The translations under genes and the position numbers were made by a program. A stretch of 32,000 bases of DNA from Formosa sp. Hel1_33_131. GTDB lineage: Bacteria; Bacteroidota; Bacteroidia; Flavobacteriales; Flavobacteriaceae. Below, piece by piece: positions 26,235 to 32,000 of the stretch (position 1 is its first letter; each line of letters begins with the position of its first letter). Below the pieces are notes generated by a model that was not told where the DNA came from, made no database searches, and saw only the letters and a program-made list of their open reading frames with translations. The DNA lies in NCBI RefSeq assembly GCF_001735745.1, contig NZ_CP017260.1, forward strand, positions 1,620,001 to 1,652,000, read 5' to 3'.

Positions 26235-26371
26235 GAGGCTGTCTGAAAATCAAACAAATCTGTCATTCTGAACTTGTTTCAGAATCTCAGAATATTGGAA
26301 ATCAATTTGTTCTAGAATCTGAAACAAGTTCAGATTGACAAAACAAAGTCTTTTCAGACAGCCTCTTTTAT
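26229..26371. repeat. 143-bp nested inverted repeat (long hairpin/cruciform) between the right direct repeat and the 3' end of the EEP nuclease gene
   Basis: The outer arms ATAAAAGAGGCTGTCTGAAAA (26229-26249) and TTTTCAGACAGCCTCTTTTAT (26351-26371) are perfectly complementary over 21 bp. The inner arms GTCATTCTGAACTTGTTTCAGAATC (26262-26286) and GAATCTGAAACAAGTTCAGATTGAC (26315-26339) pair with two mismatches. Each inner arm is itself a TCTGAA-n5-TTCAGA mini-palindrome. Confidence 0.85.
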
Positions 26372-26389
26372 GAATATAGGTAAGTCGAA

Positions 26390-27448
26390 TTACTCCACTT
26401 CTTTAATAACGTGCACATACACAGGAAGGTGATCACTATAGCCCCCAATAAATCCACTATAGGTAAAGCTTCGAAAAGGATAGCCTTTGTATTTTCCTTT
26501 TTTATTAATTAAATAAGGTGCATTAAAGATGCCAGCTTTGTAGAACCTAAACGAACTATAATCGTCATCTAGCAGCGGTTTGCTCACCAAAATCTGATCA
26601 AATAGAAACCAAACCCCTTTGTACGCATTGGTTCCAATCCCTGTTTTATAGATCGCTTCCATTGGGTTGTAAATCCCCTTGAATCCTACGAGACTTTTAT
26701 CCCCTTCAGCTTCTAGGATTTTCTTTACACTATCATTATCAGGATTGTCATTAAGATCTCCCATCGTAAATATTTTGGCATAGGGATCGTTGGATTGAAG
26801 AGAATCAATCAAACGCTTATTAAGGGCTGCTGCTGCCACACGTTTGGAACGACTTTTGGCTTCTCCACCACTTCTAGAAGGCCAGTGGTTTACAATCACA
26901 TGGATCAAATCACCCTCTAAATACCCGCTGACCAGCAGTTGATCTCTTGTGTAATCTCTTTTGTCTTTGCTGTCATCCATGAGTATTAGCTCGTGAGTGC
27001 TTGAACTTAATGGTGTAAATAATGTTTTTTGATACATTAATGCGACATCAATTCCACGCTCGTCTGGAGAATCAAAATGTACAATCCCATAATCTTTTGA
27101 TAGTAAAGCAGGATCATTGGCTAAATCTTCTACAACAGACCTGTTTTCTACTTCCGATAGTCCAATGATTGCAGGCGAATTTTTAGACCCTTCACTTCCT
27201 ATTTGAGAAATAACCTTCGCCATATTTTGGACCTTCTTTTTATAAACTCCCTCCAAATTAGTTTTAAGCTTCATAATAGGGCTAGCCTCATCATATTTAT
27301 TGGGGTCATTGATCGTGTCAAAGAGGTTTTCAACATTATAAAACGCAACCGTATGAATTTTAAATTTTCTTTTTTCTTGCGCCTGGCCTATTGTAAGACA
27401 CAACAGGCTGAAAAACAGCAGTGTATTTGAAATAAATTTTTGAGTCAT
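26390..27448 (-). CDS. Secreted endonuclease/exonuclease/phosphatase (EEP)-family nuclease
   Basis: Signal peptide MTQKFISNTLLFFSLLCLTIGQAQ. EEP motifs are present: VAFYNVENLFD (N-terminal Asn/Glu), GLSEVEN, VIVNHWPSR, MGDLND and the C-terminal YSDHLPVYV. Confidence 0.85.
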   Translation of the reverse strand: MTQKFISNTLLFFSLLCLTIGQAQEKRKFKIHTVAFYNVENLFDTINDPNKYDEASPIMKLKTNLEGVYKKKVQNMAKVISQIGSEGSKNSPAIIGLSEVENRSVVEDLANDPALLSKDYGIVHFDSPDERGIDVALMYQKTLFTPLSSSTHELILMDDSKDKRDYTRDQLLVSGYLEGDLIHVIVNHWPSRSGGEAKSRSKRVAAAALNKRLIDSLQSNDPYAKIFTMGDLNDNPDNDSVKKILEAEGDKSLVGFKGIYNPMEAIYKTGIGTNAYKGVWFLFDQILVSKPLLDDDYSSFRFYKAGIFNAPYLINKKGKYKGYPFRSFTYSGFIGGYSDHLPVYVHVIKEVE

Positions 27449-27560
27449 AGTTTTAGTTTAAAGAAAATTGGTTTTTAAGTTGTTCACAAAAGTAAAGAAA
27501 TTAAAACAAGAAGTATATTTTTGTTTTAGACATATAATTTTTTAACCCAAATTTATTAAT

Positions 27561-30317
27561 ATGAACACACCCAATTTATGCGGTCTGTTTGTGTTTTTTA
27601 ATATTTTCTTTTCGTTCGCTCAGCAAACAATAGTGCAGGGGAGTATTAAAGATATGCTAACAGACCAACCCCTTGAAGGGGTATTAGTGCATTTTGAACA
27701 CACGCAACTTAATACGCTCACCGACGCATTAGGCGAATTTAAGTTTTCTTCAAATGTTCCTCTTGGAGAACAATTTCTTTCTCTAAAGAGAGTCGGCTAT
27801 CTAGTTGCACGCTATCCTATTATTGTCTCAGAAGGACAAATATTGGACATTCAAGACATGATGCTTGAAGTAGACAATTCAGATGACGATTTGTTTACGA
27901 TTACATTATCAGATGATGAGTTAAATTCTGATACGAGCGGTGCAGACAATATTACCGGATTGTTAGCCTCCTCTCAGGACATATTTCAACGCGCAGCAGC
28001 CTTTGAATTTAGTTCCTCCTTTTTTAGAGTTCGTGGACTCAATTCCGATAATGGAACTGTGTTGATGAACGGTATCGAAATGAATAAAATATACAATGGA
28101 AGACCACAATGGAGCAACTGGGGAGGTTTAAATGACATCCTTAGAAACCAAGAGTTAACCACAGGTCTAGCGCCTTCCTCTTATAATTTTGGAGGGATCT
28201 TAGGAACCACCAATATTAACCTAAGAGCATCTGAATACCAAAGTGGTTCTCGTGTCACCTATTCATCTTCTAACAGAAGTTACACCAACAGAGTCATGGC
28301 AACCCATGCTTCTGGGGTGGTGAAAGGGGACTGGTCTTATGCATTTTCTTTAGGAAGACGTTGGGGTAATGAAGGCTATCAAGATGGAACATTTTACAAT
28401 GCAAATTCATTTTTTGTAGCAGTTGAAAAGAAAGTAAACGATAAGCATAGCTTAAACTTTACAGGATTTTATACACCAAACAAGCGTGGAAAATCATCTC
28501 CAAATACGCAAGAAGTGTACGATCTAAAAAATATTAAGTACAACGAATATTGGGGTTACCAAGATGGTGAAAAACGCAACTCGCGTGTCAAACGGATTGC
28601 AGAGCCTGTTTTGATGTTGAACCATTACTGGGACTTCACAGATAAAACAAGTCTAAACACCAATATTGCTTACCAATTTGGAGAGCTCGGAAATAGCCGT
28701 TTGGATTATGCCGGTGGTGCCAATCCAAGTCCTTCTTATTACCAAGGCTTGCCAAGTTATTTTTTGGCAGACACGGACGGACCTGATTTAGCGGGTGCTT
28801 ATGACGCTTACCAAAATTTCACGGAAGAAGGTCAATTAGATTGGAACCGTCTTTACGACGCCAACGTCACCAACAATATTACAGGGGATAATGCGGCCTA
28901 TGTGTTGTATGAAGACCGTAGTGACGACACACAATTATCGGTGAATACCATCATTAACTCAGAAATCTCTGAACATGTAACCTTAAATGCAGCCATCAAC
29001 TACAAACGTCTAAAGTCGCATAATTTTGCAGAAATCATTGACATGTTAGGAAGTACTACAGGCTATTTAAATATAGATTCTTTTGACCAAGTTCAGTTTG
29101 ACTTGCAAAACCCAAACCAAATTGTTGGCGAAGGCGACACCTTTAGATATAACTACAACTTAGAGGCGAACATACTTAGCATGTTTGCACAAGCTCAGTT
29201 TACATACAATAAGGTAGACTTTTTCTTGGCGGTCAGCAATACTAAAACGAGTTACCAAAGAGAAGGCCTGTATCAAAGTGAAGTTTATGCAGACAACTCA
29301 CTAGGTAAAGGCGAAAAAGTAGAGTTTACAGGCATCGGTACTAAAGGTGGATTCACGTATAAATTTTCTGGAAAGCATTTATTAGTTGCCAATGTGGGTT
29401 ATTTAACAAAGGCACCAACCATTCGTAATACCTTTTCTAGTTCAAGAGATAACCATACCATTGTAGGAGACCAATCGGGCTTTGGTATTAACGAAGAAAA
29501 AATCAGCACGTTTGATCTGAACTATATTTATAAATCTCCGATTGTCAAAACAAGATTGACGGGGTATTTCACCAAGATGCAAGATGCGAATGAAGTTTCG
29601 TTTTATTATGCAGATGGAATTAGTGGAGTGGATTCAGGCACTGCTTTTGTACAAGAAGTTCTTGAAGGAATTGACAAAAGACATTTAGGAATCGAATTTG
29701 GGATTGAAGCGCAAGTGACGCCAACCATTAAATTAACAGGAGTTGCTTCTGTAGGTCAATATACCTATGACAACAATCCAAATTTATTATTAACTTCTAG
29801 TGACTTTATTGATGGATTAAATTTCGGGGAAGCGAACTTGGAAAATTATAAAATTGCAGGAGGCCCACAACGGGCTGCTTCTTTAGGTTTTGAATACCGC
29901 GACCCTAACTACTGGTGGTTTGGTACCACGGCAAACTTTATGTCCAATGCTTATGTTGATGTGTCTCCTTTAACGCGTACTGAGAATTTTTATCTGGATA
30001 CGGATGGGATTCCATTTCCAGACTACGATCCAACACTTGCAAAAGAGTTGCTAAGACAAGAAAAATTTGATTCTTATATGCTATGGAATGCCGTAGGAGG
30101 GAAGTCTTGGAAAGTGGGTAACAAGTACATCAGTCTGTTTGTAAGTTTAAACAACATTTTGAATACCCAATTTAAAACGGGTGGATTCGAGCAAGGGCGT
30201 AACGCTAATTTTCAATCTTTAAAAGAAGATACGAGTGCCCCAAAACGACGTTTTGGACCGAAATACTGGTTTGGTCGTGGGACCACTTACTTCATAAACC
30301 TTAATCTTAGATTCTAA
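27561..30317 (+). CDS. TonB-dependent receptor-like outer-membrane protein with N-terminal carboxypeptidase-regulatory-like domain
   Basis: 918 aa with signal peptide ...FFSFAQQ. CarboxypepD_reg-like segment (TIVQGSIKDMLTDQPLEGVLVHFEHT..TDALGEFKF), a plug-like segment (FRVRGLNSDNGTVLMNGIEMN) and a beta-barrel ending ...YFINLNLRF. Divergent from the EEP nuclease gene. Confidence 0.88.
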   Translation: MNTPNLCGLFVFFNIFFSFAQQTIVQGSIKDMLTDQPLEGVLVHFEHTQLNTLTDALGEFKFSSNVPLGEQFLSLKRVGYLVARYPIIVSEGQILDIQDMMLEVDNSDDDLFTITLSDDELNSDTSGADNITGLLASSQDIFQRAAAFEFSSSFFRVRGLNSDNGTVLMNGIEMNKIYNGRPQWSNWGGLNDILRNQELTTGLAPSSYNFGGILGTTNINLRASEYQSGSRVTYSSSNRSYTNRVMATHASGVVKGDWSYAFSLGRRWGNEGYQDGTFYNANSFFVAVEKKVNDKHSLNFTGFYTPNKRGKSSPNTQEVYDLKNIKYNEYWGYQDGEKRNSRVKRIAEPVLMLNHYWDFTDKTSLNTNIAYQFGELGNSRLDYAGGANPSPSYYQGLPSYFLADTDGPDLAGAYDAYQNFTEEGQLDWNRLYDANVTNNITGDNAAYVLYEDRSDDTQLSVNTIINSEISEHVTLNAAINYKRLKSHNFAEIIDMLGSTTGYLNIDSFDQVQFDLQNPNQIVGEGDTFRYNYNLEANILSMFAQAQFTYNKVDFFLAVSNTKTSYQREGLYQSEVYADNSLGKGEKVEFTGIGTKGGFTYKFSGKHLLVANVGYLTKAPTIRNTFSSSRDNHTIVGDQSGFGINEEKISTFDLNYIYKSPIVKTRLTGYFTKMQDANEVSFYYADGISGVDSGTAFVQEVLEGIDKRHLGIEFGIEAQVTPTIKLTGVASVGQYTYDNNPNLLLTSSDFIDGLNFGEANLENYKIAGGPQRAASLGFEYRDPNYWWFGTTANFMSNAYVDVSPLTRTENFYLDTDGIPFPDYDPTLAKELLRQEKFDSYMLWNAVGGKSWKVGNKYISLFVSLNNILNTQFKTGGFEQGRNANFQSLKEDTSAPKRRFGPKYWFGRGTTYFINLNLRF

Positions 30318-30338
30318 TAACACAAAAAATATAAACAC

Positions 30339-31754
30339 ATGAAAACAATTAATTTCAAAAACTATCTACGAGCACTCTTCGCGAGTGTTGCTATTGTGTC
30401 TTGTGTACAAGACGACGATTTTTCGGTCCCAGAAAGTTTAGGGGATGAAGAAAACAAAAATTTAAAGACTCTTTTAGAGCGCATTGAAACTGGACACGTC
30501 CAGTTAATTACAATCGAACAATTAAAAAGTCAGTTTTACTCAGGAGAAGATGCCACTTTAATTTCTTCAGAAATAGCCATTAAAGGCTTTGTTTCTTCAT
30601 CGGATTTAACAGGGAATTTTTATAAAGAATTTTTTATTCAAAATTCAACAGAAAATGCAACAGATGCAATTAAAATCTCATTAAATCAAGTCAATTCATA
30701 CAATCGGTTTAATAAGGGTAGAGAAATTTATATTTACTTAAAAGGATTGTTTTTAGGAGAGGTAAAAAGCGGAGATGGTGTATATACGATTGGAGGAAAT
30801 ACTAAGGACGGTGAAGTTGAGACCTTGACCTCAAACAGGTATCCATCTCATATTTTTAGATCTGCAAGTACAGAAATGATTATTCCAAAATCAGTGTCCA
30901 TACTTGAAAGCAAGGATATAGGGGTTTTCGTTACTTTCGACAAGGTCGAGTTTCCAATCAGCTCTGTAGGTCAGCCTTTTGTTGATCCAGCAGATGATTA
31001 TGACAGTCATAAAAACGTTCAACGTTGTTCAGGCTTTTCGTATTACAATTTTATATTAGAAACGAGTTCATTTGCAAGTTTTAAGAACGAAGTTATAACT
31101 GATGGAGGCGGCTCCATTTCTGGGATTGTGTCTAAAACCTACAACGGTTCAGAATTGGTTTTAGTTTTAAATACTACAGAGGATGTAGAATTAAATTCAT
31201 CTCGTTGTACTCTATCAGATTCGAATGAGTTTTCAGTTATTTTTGAAGATGATTTTGAGTCCTATCCAAATAATTCGTCAATAACGGGTGTTTGGAACAA
31301 TTTTATAGAAGCCGGAAGCAAAAAATGGAAAATTAAAACAACAACTGACAGTCAAAATCAAGGAAGTAAAATCGCTCAAATAGGAGCCTATAATTCTGGA
31401 GACCCTTCTAATATTGCTTGGTTAATTTCGCCACCTATTAACTTGGACTCACAATCAATAGAGTTTATCAACTTTCAATCATCCAACAGTTTTAGTGACA
31501 ATAGCAATTTGGAATTGCTAATTTCAACAGACTGGAATGCCACCAACTCAGGAGTTATTTCAGCGACATGGTCAGCCCTGCCAGGAATTATAGTTTCGGA
31601 TTCAGAATCTTATCAGAACTGGATTGACTCTAGCTATATAGATTTAAGTGCTTATTCTGGAACGGCCTTTATTGCTTTTAAATACACTGGTGGGGGGACC
31701 AATAACAGTGGTACTTTTGAAATTGACAACTTTCAAGTCATCACTCAGAATTAG
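30339..31754 (+). CDS. Surface lipoprotein: DUF5689-like N-terminal (OB-fold-like) region + C-terminal choice-of-anchor-J/MAM-like domain
   Basis: Lipobox AIVSC followed by VQDDDFS. Starts 21 nt after the TBDR stop. The N-terminal IAIKGFVSSSDLTGNFYKEFFIQNSTENATDAIKISL...REIYIYLKGLFLG pattern matches my recollection of DUF5689. The C-terminal FEDDFES..W......KW...........A.I.AY...D.SN.AWLISPPINL....FEIDNFQV resembles choice-of-anchor J. Families recalled from memory, not searched. Confidence 0.72.
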   Translation: MKTINFKNYLRALFASVAIVSCVQDDDFSVPESLGDEENKNLKTLLERIETGHVQLITIEQLKSQFYSGEDATLISSEIAIKGFVSSSDLTGNFYKEFFIQNSTENATDAIKISLNQVNSYNRFNKGREIYIYLKGLFLGEVKSGDGVYTIGGNTKDGEVETLTSNRYPSHIFRSASTEMIIPKSVSILESKDIGVFVTFDKVEFPISSVGQPFVDPADDYDSHKNVQRCSGFSYYNFILETSSFASFKNEVITDGGGSISGIVSKTYNGSELVLVLNTTEDVELNSSRCTLSDSNEFSVIFEDDFESYPNNSSITGVWNNFIEAGSKKWKIKTTTDSQNQGSKIAQIGAYNSGDPSNIAWLISPPINLDSQSIEFINFQSSNSFSDNSNLELLISTDWNATNSGVISATWSALPGIIVSDSESYQNWIDSSYIDLSAYSGTAFIAFKYTGGGTNNSGTFEIDNFQVITQN

Positions 31755-31812
31755 TATTTTATATCTCAAAATAAGGGTTGAAATCACAGGGTTTTTTCTA
31801 TATTGGCAACTA

Positions 31813-32000
31813 TGAATTTTTTCAATCAACTTTATCTGACCGTTTTTAACCGTTTTAAAGGCCGTTACAAACAAAAAGCGAATACGATAGCCTTGTTCTA
31901 TACTTCGGTGTTACAAATCGCGCTGTTGTTTCTAGGTGGCGTGTTCTTTATTAAGTTCTTAGAACAAATGAAAGTTGTGGTCATGTCCAGTTCCAATACA
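31813..32000 (+). CDS. Partial (5' end only) ORF for a probable membrane protein; runs off the window
   Basis: An ATG at 31813 opens a frame (MNFFNQLYLTVFNRFKGRYKQKANTIALFYTSVLQIALLFLGGVFFIKFL...) with no stop before 32000. It contains a hydrophobic helix. It is absent from the ORF track because it is open-ended. Confidence 0.35.

Noticed and set aside
27203-27430. 75-aa + strand ORF antisense to the 5' end of the EEP nuclease gene.
   Set aside because: It lies fully within a well-supported CDS on the opposite strand, and its sequence has no motifs. It is a shadow ORF.
31644-31874. 76-aa minus-strand ORF overlapping the 3' end of the DUF5689-like gene.
   Set aside because: It overlaps a supported CDS and the intergenic region. 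A + strand open-ended ORF from 31813 with a clear TM helix better explains the downstream sequence.
1-32000. Scan for CRISPR arrays, tRNA/rRNA genes and known defence-system hallmarks (restriction-modification, toxin-antitoxin pairs, Cas, retron RT, STAND NTPases).
   Set aside because: No regularly spaced repeats, no tRNA-like cloverleaf candidates in the intergenic regions, and no ORF with the corresponding motifs were seen. The patatin protein is an Omp85 fusion rather than a CBASS-type effector context.

Overview
Low-GC chromosomal segment that looks like Bacteroidota, most likely Flavobacteriaceae. Supporting signs are a type-2 IleRS followed by a DksA-like gene and lspA, CarboxypepD_reg-type TonB-dependent receptors, many lipoproteins with acidic residues after the lipidated Cys, and TAnnTTTG-type -7 boxes. 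Positions 1-16.8 kb are a housekeeping block: exbD, an OM beta-barrel, a PAP2-like membrane protein, ileS/dksA-like/lspA, 5-formyl-THF cyclo-ligase, rimK, uvrC, a patatin-Omp85 fusion, DUF3108, tryptophan 2,3-dioxygenase, an M23 peptidase and pgi. Positions 16.8-32 kb are an outer-membrane/accessory region with two TonB-dependent receptor + lipoprotein pairs, each next to a secreted nuclease (endonuclease I; EEP family). Between the two modules lies the most unusual feature, a ~3.7 kb AT-rich three-gene insertion at 22475-26234. It encodes a 7TM-AraC regulator, a 606-aa predicted surface lipoprotein with a C-terminal permuted papain-like His...Cys (NCxxF) domain, and a 153-aa orphan lipoprotein. 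The insertion is bracketed by 38-bp direct repeats (36/38 identical) that duplicate the last 8 codons plus stop of a small membrane-protein gene. The repeat edge lies inside a 16-bp perfect palindrome, and no integrase or transposase is present. A 143-bp nested inverted repeat follows the right repeat. I saw no rRNA, tRNA or CRISPR. All family calls come from motif recognition by eye and no homology search was possible, so the functional ideas (effector/immunity pair, eDNA-utilisation modules) are hypotheses.
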